From contig CAVNZM010000003.1 in assembly GCA_963693365.1 (NCBI GenBank), forward strand, positions 9,420,282 through 9,484,281: a stretch of DNA of 64,000 nt, written 5' to 3'. The notes beneath the pieces are model-generated. The model had not been told where the DNA came from. It was given only the letters and a program-made list of their open reading frames with translations, and did not search any database. The stretch is from Amoebidium appalachense. Lineage: Eukaryota > Protista > Ichthyosporea. The position numbers were made by a program, and so were the translations under genes. This document shows positions 1 through 59,534 of this stretch, piece after piece (within the stretch, counting starts at the first letter, position 1; each line of letters starts with the position of its first letter).

Positions 1-53
<53 letters not shown>

Positions 54-650
54 GGTTCCCCGTCTCTCTATTTCGTTTTAAGCCAATTGTGTGCCACCGT
101 TGATTTTGCTTTGTGAATGTCGCGTGGTCAGTGTACCACCACAATCGTGAATGAACCGTCTGTGAATAGCCTTTTATGGTATATCTGAAAGAATTTGGTG
201 GTGGTGATGGTGGTGGTGGTAGTTATTGTGGGATTAAATGACTAAGTAGTGTGGGCTTTGCTATGACAAAAAAAAAAGGTGGTTATAGTAGGAGTATTGT
301 GCTGCTAGTGTCAGCAGAAATTTTGTTGGCAACAATTGCAGCTTGATTGATTTTTTGATGGTATGTTAAATGAAAATGTAACATGTGCTTAAGGTTATGA
401 AGTGTTTCGAGATGTCGATCTGGATTTTTGATTGGCCGCCACTGCATGGACAGGGAATGTATTATGTATATCTTATGCGAATGCGAATAAAGCGCTGTGA
501 TGCCAATGGGGTTTAAACTAATACCGTGATTTCACGGGCATGGAGGGCCACTAATTGGTTTTGAATTTTATAAAGTTTTTTTTCGTTTCAAAAGTTTTCT
601 CTTTTCTTTTGTTCCGAAAGTTTTTTTTTTTTTTGGGGGGGGGGGGGGGT

Positions 651-692
<42 letters not shown>

Positions 693-711
693 TATGTGTG
701 TGTGTGTGTAC

Positions 712-820
<109 letters not shown>

Positions 821-838
821 CACGTGTGTGTGCGCGCA

Positions 839-873
<35 letters not shown>

Positions 874-898
874 TGGTGGTGGTGATGGTGGTGGGGAA

Positions 899-949
<51 letters not shown>

Positions 950-1473
950 GTTTGCTCCATGTATCCTTAGTTTTTTTCCTGACTAGCCGAATCAGACCCT
1001 ACAATATCCATTCATTAGAGTGCAGCCCCCAGTGCAGTCCCCATTCTCCCACTCCCCCCCCCATTGCAAATCCCCTCCTCCCTGAATTCGGTATCAAGCA
1101 CTTGGGTGCATGCTTGTGTATCTTTGTGCGTGTAGTTCTGGTTTCTTAGGTCCCCCCCTCCCCCCCCCCTCTTTTCCGTACCGCCCCAAACCAACCAACC
1201 CAACGTTGCCAAAGGAAAAAAAAAGAGTAAAAAAGAAAGGTGTGGGGGGGGGGGGGGGGGGGGGGGGGGGGATGGGGTTGCGTTCGGGAGGCCCGCCCCA
1301 ACCAACCAATCCAAACAGAAAGAACTTCGCAGAAGGGGGGGGGGGGGGGGGGGGGGGGGGGAGAGGGAGGGGGAGGGGATGGGAGGGTCCTTCGAAGAAG
1401 GGTTTGGGGGCGGGTAGGAGGTGTTCATGTGTTCATGTGTTCATGTGTTCATGTGTGTGTGTGTGTGTGTGTG

Positions 1474-1508
<35 letters not shown>

Positions 1509-1659
1509 GGGGGGGTAAAAGTGGGGAAGGCGGGGCATGCACAGGGGAAGGGGCAAATGCAATAGGTATTGTGGAAAACTGAACCTGTGTACAAGAGGAC
1601 GACTTCTTCCCAGAACTGGTGGCTCTAACCCAACGGTATACTTACCACGACCAATGATT

Positions 1660-1701
<42 letters not shown>

Positions 1702-1737
1702 AATGTGGCAGTAGTAAGGCCCGAACGAAGTACTGAT

Positions 1738-1774
<37 letters not shown>

Positions 1775-2243
1775 GGTTGCAGCTGGAAAAAGGGAACCCG
1801 GGAAATGGCTTGAAAAGGTTTGCTTTAATCATCAGAAAATGATTTCTCAACACTAAAGAAGAACAAGTACTAAGTGGCATGCTTGTTGCCAAAATGGACA
1901 TCCGGTTGTCCGACTGTGCCTCAGACAGCACAGAATGCCGACACTATATGTATGTTCATATAATTTTGTTGGGCAAGCCATGTACAGGCATTCAATTTTG
2001 AACATGCATAAAAGTCAAAGCCCGATGGCTTTTCCCTATGTGTAAATACAATATGTGTAAATACAATCAACAACATATATTAGATATGCACCATGACCCT
2101 AGTTGGAACCACTACGTGCTATGGACAGTTGTTTCTGCTCAGTATATAAGTTGCCCTGATCACGTCACTGTATAAGTGATTACTTAAATCCGGAGAGAAA
2201 ACACACAAGACATGACCTCGTGCACAGTACATCTTGCACCAAA

Positions 2244-3251
2244 TCACTGTGTGCCCATGTTCTGACACATGACATAAAGACTGTTGGACCTATTCTGCTC
2301 GCACCATCTCTCAACGCTGATACTCTGTGCACACGCCAAGCAGGCAGGGGTCATTGCCATGCAGCACATCTTGTCTGCGGGTGCGGTGTCAGTGGGCCGA
2401 AGAGATGAAGCCGCGGCGGCAATGTCAGTGGCGGCGGTCTCCACCGGGGTAGCAGTAGCAGCAGCAGTGGTGGTTGCAGGCATGATTGCCTGATCTTGGC
2501 ACAGATAGCCGTTTGGTTTGTCGATGCTTGCGGCACACCATTCCTGTTCCGTGACACCCTCGACACAGGACAAACACTCGGGGCTGAATACCTTGCAGCA
2601 GCTGCTTTTCTCTGCGGGTGCCTGGCTATCGCACATCTTACCAAGCTCAGTATCCTTGTTTTCGTTGCACCATTTCTTCTCGGATTGACCCGCGGCGCAG
2701 GCAAGGCACGAGGGGGTCATAGCCAGACAGCAGGCCTTAGGGTTATCCACGGGTTCACACATGCTATTGTCCTTGTTTTCGGGTAGCGCACACCATTCTT
2801 CACCCGTTAGGCCCATCATGCACCCGAGGCATGTCGGTGACATCGCCGCGCAACATGCTTGTAGCATGGGTTCGCTGGCTGCTGTTGTCGCCGCCGCCGC
2901 CGCGGTACCGGCGAAAACGGCAACAGCTGGGGTAGAGGCAGCCGAAGGGATGATCTCCTTCTGGTATAGTGCACAATCAGGTGCCAACTTGGGTGAATCT
3001 TTGCAGAATTGGAACGGTGTAACACCGGCAGCACACGCGAGGCACTCGGCCATGCGCGCTTTGCAGCACTTGCGGGGCCCGGTGGTGGTGATGGGTGTGG
3101 CACCGGCTGTGACAGTTTGGATGCTGGTGACAGTTACGAGCGCAGGCGCTGATTGGGGGGCAATGGCTTCAAACGCAGCCGTAGTTTCTGTTGGCGCCGC
3201 TGCGGCTGTTGCTGCGAATAAGAGCAGAGCGGAGAGACATTTGGGTACCAT
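2244..3251 (-). CDS. Secreted cysteine-rich repeat protein (five 6-Cys modules, Thr/Ala/Pro-rich linkers), intronless
   Basis: 335-aa ORF free of microsatellites. N-terminal signal-peptide-like MVPKCLSALLLFAATAAA. Five copies of CCxxxxxxCLxCxxxxxxxx(W/F)C...C (CCKARMAECLAC, CCAAMSPTCLGC, CCLAMTPSCLAC, CCKVFSPECLSC, CCMAMTPACLAC). Confidence 0.88.
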   Translation of the reverse strand: MVPKCLSALLLFAATAAAAPTETTAAFEAIAPQSAPALVTVTSIQTVTAGATPITTTGPRKCCKARMAECLACAAGVTPFQFCKDSPKLAPDCALYQKEIIPSAASTPAVAVFAGTAAAAATTAASEPMLQACCAAMSPTCLGCMMGLTGEEWCALPENKDNSMCEPVDNPKACCLAMTPSCLACAAGQSEKKWCNENKDTELGKMCDSQAPAEKSSCCKVFSPECLSCVEGVTEQEWCAASIDKPNGYLCQDQAIMPATTTAAATATPVETAATDIAAAASSLRPTDTAPADKMCCMAMTPACLACAQSISVERWCEQNRSNSLYVMCQNMGTQ

Positions 3252-3402
3252 TTTAGCGGTTGAGTGGTATGCAAACTAGGAGATGGGAGAAGAAGGATAA
3301 GTGTTCAAACAAAGGATGGTGTTTGCTTTTGTAAGCATGGGTAGGCGAGCTGTCGAGTGCTCTGGCTAAAAAAATGAAGCGATTGGTGACGATGAATGCG
3401 GC

Positions 3403-3509
3403 TTTATAGTCGTGGGTTCAACTGCACAACGGATAAAATCCGTAAACTTAGCCAATCACAACTAGGAAAGTCGAGATGTCCTTGGGTGTAGACCCTAACA
3501 GCAGCCAAT
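3403..3509 (-). promoter_or_regulatory. Putative TATA box and CCAAT boxes of the Cys-rich gene
   Basis: TATAAA on the minus strand at 3403-3408, ~150 bp upstream of the ATG; CCAAT motifs near 3452 and 3505. Confidence 0.45.
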
Positions 3510-4354
3510 CAAAAGCGTTGCTGTTTTCATAAAAGCGGCTTCAAAGTTGGCCAAAGAAGAAGGTTCGTGACACAAATGCTTGAATACAAAGTTCCTCTTG
3601 ATTAAAAACATTAGGAAAAATGGACAAATTGTTTTCTTAATTCACAAAGAAGCAAAATATTTCAAGTAGTCACCAGTGCAAATCTGCCCCTTCTCATATC
3701 ATTTTTGATTCGCTTAGCCAGCACTATTTACAGACTCTTGCTCTGGGGCTGATTTCAATAAAATACATGAGGCACTCAAAAGCTAAACATCGCCTACTCT
3801 CAGAGTTTAGATAACAAAAATCTAGAAACACAGTTAAGCAAATAAAAAAATATTAGTTCCTATATTCTTAAGAAAAATAAACTCTTTGCCCACTAAATTA
3901 GTAAATGCAAAGGGAAAAATGGATATGGCTTTTTGAAAAAGCACCCATTTTAGGGGGTATTGGGGGATACAGCGTTCATCGCAATGGAATGTGGCCACTT
4001 TGCGGGTCTCTGACGGGCCTGGAAACGGAGGAGTGCAGATCGGAATGCAAAAATGGAACCGGCTGGGTTGGACTAAGATTCGATCCAAGTATTGAATCCA
4101 AGTTGCCAGGTACCAGTATAGTCGACTCAGCGCTGTGAAAGAAACTTCGTTATACAAGTATACAAGTCACAACGGTTGTGTTTTCATAATATGTACACAC
4201 AAATACACACGCACGCACGCACACACACACAGAGAGATTGGCCGTGGAGCTGGTGTGGTTACATACATGTGCCATCCGGGGGGTTTAGAAAAGATGGTGA
4301 AGTTCAACGGTTGTTCCCAAGGCCCTATTAGCTAACGGTTTGGGGCGGAGGGGG

Positions 4355-4388
<34 letters not shown>

Positions 4389-6815
4389 TGGCGCACACAA
4401 TCTCACGTGTATATACACATACAAACAAGTATGTCCACGCTCTCACTCTGGAGTCAGGGGAGAGACAGAACACAGTCTGTGGTATCTACACCGTAAGTTA
4501 CACAAATGCTCCGGCACCAAGTGACTGCACCGACCACACGCTACTTTGCACGTACGCTACCAAAACACTGGGGCACAAGTCACACGCCCACTGTGACTCG
4601 CAGCACACGCGTGCACGTGCACACACACCGCCCATGACACACGCGCGCACAAAGAGCACCATGGAGCAGCCTAAAACACAAGAACTTTTTCCGCACGACT
4701 TTTGTACAACTATGCTGAACTTCGCTGGCAGATGGGGAGAAGAGATGAAGAGGTGCGCACCTACAAGCACTTACACAACACCGACGACACGCAACCATCT
4801 AGTGTTTACATAACACGGTAACGAAAACGTAAACAACCGCTCAGCTACGAACTACGCGATTGGCCAATTTGCCCGCCAAAACCAGCCTGTTACTATTTTC
4901 GGAACAGGCCTCTCATTTTTGATGCTATTTTCGGAAAAGCTGGAATCGGCGATCATTTCGGGTCAGGCTGGAGTAAGCCTGCCCCGGAACTCAGCTTCAG
5001 ATCGTGACGCATACGTTTCCAGGCCCGTCAGAGTAGGAGGCCTTGGACCAAGGCCTTCCCCGTGAACCATCTTTCCCACAGAAACCACCACGCGAGGTGA
5101 GGCGTGAAAACGTGCACAGCTGTGCGTGTGTAGAGTCCGTACGTGTGGGTGTGCGTGTGCCACACCACACCTAAGAGCCACACGAGGGAGGGAACAGTGT
5201 CCTCCTACATATGTCCCTGGTTTCTCCCGGTTGATGAACCAACGTAATAAAGCTAGCCCAGCAGGCGGCCTTCGATACGTAAAACACTATTAACACTCGC
5301 ACAACGTCACGTTGCAAACACATTGGGTGTATATACACAAGCGTCTTTATCATGACCTTGACGCAAACCTGAAAGTTACACACGTGCGCGTGCAAGAAAA
5401 AAAAGACAGCATGCACTTACCTAGTCGCCACGTCAGAGTACGTAATGTACGTACAAGCGGGCGCACAATTTCACACCTTCCTGTTCATAGCCACCGTCGC
5501 GCCCGACGAAGTTCTTCACATATGCATGCAGTGACGCACACAGGTGTCACCGTTACCACCCCCTCTCCCCCCTCCCTCACTCCTTCATAAATCCTCTCCC
5601 CACCCCCCCCCCTCCCCTCCCTCCTTCCCCCGGCCCCAAAACAGCAAAATATTGAACGTTCGCCTGAGAGCCGCCCCCACAGCACCTTTGCAAACCATGT
5701 TTTTATAAGCTAGCAGTGTCTTTGGTATGAAATGCTCCGGAACCTTGACAACCAAGGGAAATTGCCACAATCATCGCTGAAGATCTAAAATACCCGAAGT
5801 ATATACACTCAACGGTTTTTTTTACGTCTTTGCAGGAGTCGCTCATGGCCTAAGTGGCATACTTATGCACGGTAGGGCCCTTCGTGAATGTATATGTATG
5901 CATGTGTTTGCGTTTACAAACGTATGAATCATCCCCCTGCACGTGCTCAGTATGTTTTGTGCATGCAAGTTGGCACGTGTGTGCAGATGCGACTTTGTTG
6001 TCTTAATTTGCACGCTAAGCTTTAAATGCACTCGTTGTGTGTATATATGGTGCATTTTGCCTCCTTGTGCATGTGTGTGGCCTTTGCACAATGTATACAT
6101 GGTTGTGTGAATGTGTTTTGGGTTGTGTGCCGTTCGAGGTTGGTCAACAGTTGGGGCAGTCGCGCTTACTATAGTTCACAATTTATCGCACTTTTAGGTA
6201 ATAGTTGGCCAAGGCAAAATGAACGCTGAGCTTGCACATGGCTTGTTGTGATGACGAATGGAGAGAAGAGGGGGGGAGCATTACAGGTGAGTGCGTGGGG
6301 TATCATGGACAAATGAAGGATCATCCGGTTGTGGCCGAGGATTGGAAAGGTCGGCAACCAACCAACAGCTGGCAAGAGAGGGAGGAGTGGGGAGACACGG
6401 GGGGAGGGGGGCCGCGAGGGGGGGGGGGGGGGGGGGGGGGTGGGGGGGAGGGGGGGGGGGGGGAAGAGAGGGGAAGGGGGGCACTACTATGGGGCGCGGC
6501 GGAAAGGCAACACGGATGTCGATAGTGTATGCAAACAACCCAAGAAGCTACGCTGGCTTGTTCAAGGTTGGATGCTTGGTTAGGGCTTCTGCCTATGCAT
6601 GCAGCAACGAGCGTAGCAACGTGGCCATTCTAGCCTCGTCTCTCGAACCACCAGGTTTATGCATCACAAGACGCTGCACCTAAACCCATGCAGCATGACT
6701 ACGTGTTAGGTCTTTTGGTGGTGTTTCCATGAAATAGTAATCTATGTTTGAACATGTTATCCCAATTCTACCCTCCCCCCCCCCCCCCCCTCTCCCCCCC
6801 TTCCCACCTCCCCCC

Positions 6816-6920
<105 letters not shown>

Positions 6921-8435
6921 TGACAGATCCGATGCTTTGAAACGTTGCAACGGTTTGCGCGCAAGACCAGTGCTGTTTCCATGCTTGTGTTAGTACATAC
7001 CTACGTCATCAGACTCTAATCATTCCTTGTCAAATCATAGCTACTGTCTTGCGATATTACGGCCAATTGTTAAATACATGACTTCGCGCAAACTTTGAGC
7101 GACTGGCCAGCGTAACTTTCAAGTTTTTGAGGTCAAGTAATACATAATAGATAGTCCCTTACATGTACGAGCACATGTTTTGCTTGGTCTAGTGTACAAA
7201 CGTAAACGCTGTCGACTTAGAGCTATTTTAGAAGGGCTTCCGTTCCATAAACAACTCTAATAGAGTTAGAGTTCCGAGTTATGAACGACCAAAAATCTCC
7301 TTTCCCGCCCAGCTTTTCTTTCTGCAAATATATGAGATTGAGCTTTATTAGGAGGTATATCATAACACTACAGAGCATAACGTAGATCCCTTTATCAGCA
7401 ATATATGAACATTAGGAAGCTCCCTTGTGTCTAGTCAACAGTTTTCCAGCCTTTGCGTTGGTCTTTGCGCTTTGCAGGTGCCATCCAGGAACCATAGACA
7501 AGTTACAGCGCCCGCTTGATGAGGTATCCCCCCCCCCCCCCCCCCCCCTTACCCTCCCTCCCCCTCCCTCACCTTTTCCCCGCCCCCCTTCCCTCACCCC
7601 CCCCCCCCGCCCGCCCCTCCCCCCTCCCCTCCTCCATCACGTGGGCAAATCCTCCCCGCCCCCTCCCCCCTCCCCCCTTCCCTTCCCCCCCTCCCCACCC
7701 GCCCCGTCTCCGTCCCTCCTTAGTTTCTCTCCCATCTCCCCCTCCCTCCACCCCATCCGTTCACCTCGTCGGCTGCTGACTAGCTTTTGAGAGTCAAAGT
7801 TCCGCCTTGTGAAGCGATGACCGATCTTGAGGTAGAGTGTTTGTTTCAGGGGACCCTTTGTTTGGAGTTGCAGAGATCAGGAGTTCATGCATGGGTGGCC
7901 TCCAAATGTATCCCCCCTCCCCCCTCCCCACCCCCACCCCCTCCCCCCTTACCCCCCTTCACCCCCCCACCCACCCACCCACCACCCACCCACCCCACCC
8001 CCTGCCCCCCTCTCCTTCCCTTTCTTCTCCGTGCCCTTGAGTAAGGTCCTTGTGTGCCTTTCTGTCTTTGTACGTGTAGAGCATTCTACGCCCTACGCCC
8101 CCCTCACTGGCTTCCTCCTGACTCCTGCAGAGAACTAAAGTGTGTGTTTGTGTGTGGGGAAGGGGGGTGTGTGTGCGTGTGTGTGTGTGGGTAGGGGGGG
8201 AGGGGGGGAGGGGGGGAGGGGGGGAGGGGGGAGTGTCTGTGTATATCTGTGTGTTGTTGTTGTGGTGGTGGTGGGGGAGGCGGGGAGGGGCTAGGATACA
8301 ACCTGTATTTTGGTACATAGAGGTGAATCTAGAATTCATGGGAAAGGGGTAGTTTTTGAAGATGGGGATAAGTTTTTTTCTTACGGGCCAGTTTCTGAGA
8401 GAACGAGTGAGATACATTCCACTGTTTTTTAACAG

Positions 8436-27523
<19,088 letters not shown>

Positions 27524-27971
27524 GTGAGTCTTAAATATCGTGGAAAATGGCGCATCATTTCTAATCTTAATACATTTTTATTTATTTATTTTTTGTTTTG
27601 TTTTGTTTTGTTTTGCTTTGCATGCATGCCGGCTATAATGAGAGGCGACGAATGGCTGTTAGAATGAGATTTCATTGACACGTCTTGACCAAGAGCACAC
27701 ATGCATTGCAAGGGTTTGGTCTCTATAGGATCAGGGAATTGAATATAGACCGCACATGCACACGGTCTCCTTTCGAAAAACACATGCATCTTCCCGTGGT
27801 TGGATAGTGCTGTTGCCCCCGCACGTGCACACACACACACCCAGGCACATGCACACACATTGCACACGCACACACACACACATGCACATGCAATTTTAAC
27901 ATAACAACATGCAGGCGCATACGAACCTCGTATGTTGACGACCACACCTCTACCATTACTCTGTTGTGAAG

Positions 27972-32370
<4,399 letters not shown>

Positions 32371-32612
32371 TTGTAATAATAATAATAATAATAATAATCC
32401 TAAGAATAATAACAACAACATCAACAACAACATTAACCACAACAAGAGTAATATTTATAATGTATAGCTCAACAACAACAATGATACTAATATAGCCCAA
32501 TAATAATAATAATAATAATAATGATAACAACAACAATAATTATCATAACAACAACAACAACAACAACAATAACAATACTTAAGCATATATATAAAAAAAA
32601 GCATGAACACAC

Positions 32613-34376
<1,764 letters not shown>

Positions 34377-34801
34377 TTTCTCCCAATCCAGAAAAGATGT
34401 TAAATTATGGCAAGACGGTATACCGTGAGTCCGCAAACGAGTGAAGGGTTCAACGGTCTATGAAAGTGTAAAAGCATGTTACGTAAATAGTCTAAAATGC
34501 GATGACCCCTTCATGGCGTCATCACAGGTCCATCTGACATAAGATTCAGCAGTAAGTGGAGTGATGATATTCGTTCCAATAGAAGGTAAGGCTAGAGGGT
34601 TTTTGGCATGTGGGCCAGAGGTTTTGTTGTTGTTGTTGTTAAGGGAGGGAGGGGAGAGGGGGCGGAGGAGGGGGGGACGGGGGGGGGGGGGGGGGGGGGG
34701 GGGAAGGGGGGGAGGGGGAGCAGGCGGGGTTCCCATGCGTGTGTACGTGGGCGCAAACTATATGGCATGTGTGTGTGTGTCACTCGGGGGGATGCATATG
34801 T

Positions 34802-34833
<32 letters not shown>

Positions 34834-34910
34834 GGGGGGGGGGGGGGGGGGGGGGGGAAGGGGGGGGGAGCAGAGTACATTCGTGTGTGTACGTGTGTGT
34901 ACGTGTGTGT

Positions 34911-34945
<35 letters not shown>

Positions 34946-35069
34946 TGTTTGTGTGTGTGCGCGTGCGCGCGCACGCGTATGCTTGTGTATTAGATATACA
35001 CGGTGGCCATGCGAAGCCTGCTTGTGTGTGTCTGTGTGTATGGGTGGGTGGTGGGGGAGGGAGGCGCCC

Positions 35070-35105
<36 letters not shown>

Positions 35106-35560
35106 GGGGGGGGGGGGGGGGGGGTTATCGAAGCCTAGAGCACGTGTTCATTGCCTCAACCAGGTTTTTAATCAGAGTTCGAGATCAAATTCATACATTA
35201 ACCCACGGTCCTAGAACTTTTGGTTGGGTACACACAGACTAAAAACATAATCATAAACCCATATGAAGTAAAATACGAATTATATACACACTAATCTTAA
35301 GGGAGTGGACGAAAACCAACCAACCTAGCCAATGTACATATCCAGTTAGTACCGACCCTCATGCCGAAAATGCTAGAAGCACCTAATTTTTTATTTATTT
35401 TTATTTTATTTTTATTTTATTATTATTTTATTTTTATTTTTATTTTTTTTTGGGGGGGGGGGGAGGGGGGGGAGGAGGAGGGGGGGGGAGGGGGGAGGGA
35501 GGGGGAGATTGGGGTGGGATTTTTGTGTTGCCGCTGTGCCAAGTGGGGGAATGTGTGTGT

Positions 35561-35648
<88 letters not shown>

Positions 35649-35664
35649 TCGTGCGTGCCTGTGT

Positions 35665-35733
<69 letters not shown>

Positions 35734-35856
35734 GGGGGGGGGGGAAGGGGGGAAGACAAAAACAGAGGCAGGTGAGCAAGGGATAGCCCGGAACCTTTTG
35801 GAGCCATACATGTATGCACATTCCCCCCCCCTCCCCCCCCCCCCCCCCCCCCCCCC

Positions 35857-35899
<43 letters not shown>

Positions 35900-36076
35900 A
35901 AAAAAGAGAGAGAGCGAGAGAGACAGAGAGAAAAGAAAATTAAGAGATAAGCTATATAGCTATACACATACATACGAGATGACTAAATGTCCTAATATGA
36001 GGCATAGGGGGCACATTCAAAACAACCCCACCACAGGGGGGGTACCTAACCGCAATTTCCCAAAAATTCACACGCT

Positions 36077-57613
<21,537 letters not shown>

Positions 57614-57754
57614 GACGCAGACTAGCCACTCGCAGTCTCTTCAACCACTCGAGAGCAAATTCCCGAAGTTCCCTTCCCCATAACCCACAACCGAACGAAA
57701 CATGTGCTATATTAGCAAGATTTCAGTTGGTTTTCTTGCCTAAAATCTATAACC

Positions 57755-57853
57755 CTGCGTTTCCAGTGATTATGCGTTCCAGTGTGATGAAAGCTGCGTT
57801 TCCAGTGATTATGCGTTCCAGTGTGATGAAAGTGCGTTCCAGTGTGATGAAAG
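57755..57853. repeat. 39-bp tandem duplication plus a 21-bp partial copy
   Basis: CTGCGTTTCCAGTGATTATGCGTTCCAGTGTGATGAAAG twice, then TGCGTTCCAGTGTGATGAAAG. Confidence 0.92.
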
Positions 57854-57977
57854 TATGGTCATGTGATCATGGTCAGCCGCAAAGTTTTCTTTTTTGTGTG
57901 TGTGTGCGTTGTGGCGTGGTGTCACTACCGGTGGCCGGAGTGGCCAGATTACGTAATTGCTATAAACGATCTAGTGG

Positions 57978-58364
57978 TTGGGATATTCGGGTTGGTTGTA
58001 AGGTTTTCAGGTCGGGCCGAAGGCCCTAACGGGCCGCAGGCCCGTTTATTGGGCCGCCAGGCCCTAGCCCGCTAGGCCGCTAGGCCCGGGGCCCCGGGGA
58101 CCGGGGGCCCGACCCGGCCCGCGAGCCACCCCCGGCCCGGCCCGCGGGGCCCGGCGCCGGGGTTAGCAGTGACTGCTAACCCCGGCGCCGGGCCCCGCGG
58201 GCCGGGCCGGGGGTGGCTCGCGGGCCGGGTCGGGCCCCCGGTCCCCGGGGCCCCGGGCCTAGCGGCCTAGCGGCCTAGGGCCTGGCGGCCCAATAAACGG
58301 GCCTGCGGCCCGTTAGGGCCTTCGGCCCGACCTGAAAACCTTACAACCAACCCGAATATCCCAA
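57978..58364. repeat. 387-bp GC-rich near-perfect palindrome
   Basis: 193-bp arms around a single central G at 58171 (GGGGTTAGCAGT-G-ACTGCTAACCCC); one mismatch found (58068 vs 58274). Confidence 0.96.
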
Positions 58365-58482
58365 TATTGCTTCATTCTGATTGGTTGTCACACCGCGGGA
58401 TTTCCCGATTGTTCTTCCAATGACATTTTCTATCACTATCGACAGTTCTCCAATATTAGAACAGAAAACGGTTTATACCCAG

Positions 58483-58567
58483 ATGGCCAGATGGCCAGAT
58501 CAAATTCAGTCTGTGAGCAGGGGGGGGGGATCCACCTGAAGTCAAAACAATCTGGCCATCTGGCCAT
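58483..58567. repeat. 18-bp perfect inverted repeat built from TGGCCAGA units
   Basis: ATGGCCAGATGGCCAGAT (58483-58500) and ATCTGGCCATCTGGCCAT (58550-58567). Confidence 0.85.
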
Positions 58568-58879
58568 GTGGCCATAGAATAGATTAGCATGTAAGGCACT
58601 GGCTGCCACCACTGGGGGCCGTGGTTCCGGCAGGAGGGGGGGCACACGTGCAAGGGAGGCAGGGGGTCGGGGGAGGCACACGTGCACAGGAGGCTGGGGA
58701 GAGTGGGGGAACCATGGTTGTGTGATACTATCTATCCCCCATGTATGGCTGAGTTAAGACCATTTGTTCATGTAGCACGATCTTCTAGCATGCACGTGTT
58801 GGAATGCCACCACTGGGGGGCCTGGTTCCGGGAGGCAGGGGGGCTGGGGGGGGCACCCAGTGTGTGGGTGTGCATGTGG

Positions 58880-58941
58880 CAGGGGAGCAGGGGGGCAGGG
58901 GGGCAGGGGGGCAGGGGGGCAGGGGGGCAGGGGGGCAGGGG
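58880..58941 (+). repeat. (CAGGGGGG)n octamer array with G-quadruplex potential
   Basis: About six to seven regular CAG6 units. Confidence 0.85.
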
Positions 58942-59020
58942 AGACTGGCATGCCACTCACGGGGAGGATAGTGTATGTTGGCACGTGTGGGTGTGTGGGT
59001 GATAAAGGCAGAAGCCACAA

Positions 59021-59534
59021 CACGTGTGGTGTCTAAACAGCCTATAGGCATGCTCCGTGTGCAGGCACCAATTTCTACCCTCTTCTGGTTGGTGCCAAGA
59101 GGCAGCGCCCTACACGTGTGGTGTCTAAACAGCCTATAGGCATGCTCCGTGTGCAGGCACCAATTTCTACCCTCTTCTGGTTGGTGCCAAGAGGCAGCGC
59201 CCTACACGTGTGGTGTCTAAACAGCCTATAGGCATGCTCCGTGTGCAGGCACCAATTTCTACCCTCTTCTGGTTGGTGCCAAGAGGCAGCGCCCTACACG
59301 TGTGGTGTCTAAACAGCCTATAGGCATGCTCCGTGTGCAGGCACCAATTTCTACCCTCTTCTGGTTGGTGCCAAGAGGCAGCGCCCTACACGTGTGGTGT
59401 CTAAACAGCCTATAGGCATGCTCCGTGTGCAGGCACCAATTTCTACCCTCTTCTGGTTGGTGCCAAGAGGCAGCGCCCTACACGTGTGGTGTCTAAACAG
59501 CCTATAGGCATGCTCCGTGTGCAGGCACCAATTT
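59021..59534. repeat. 92-bp perfect tandem repeat, 5.6 copies
   Basis: Unit CACGTGTGGTGTCTAAACAGCCTATAGGCATGCTCCGTGTGCAGGCACCAATTTCTACCCTCTTCTGGTTGGTGCCAAGAGGCAGCGCCCTA starts at 59021, 59113, 59205, 59297, 59389 and 59481 (partial). Confidence 0.97.

Noticed and set aside
1820-1950. Short coding-like stretch (FLNTKEEQVLSGMLVAKMDIRLSDC)
   Set aside because: No consistent splice sites or recognisable homology; cannot be supported as an exon.
59021-59534. 92-bp array as a CRISPR array
   Set aside because: Units are fully identical with no unique spacers, no cas genes are present and the context is eukaryotic.
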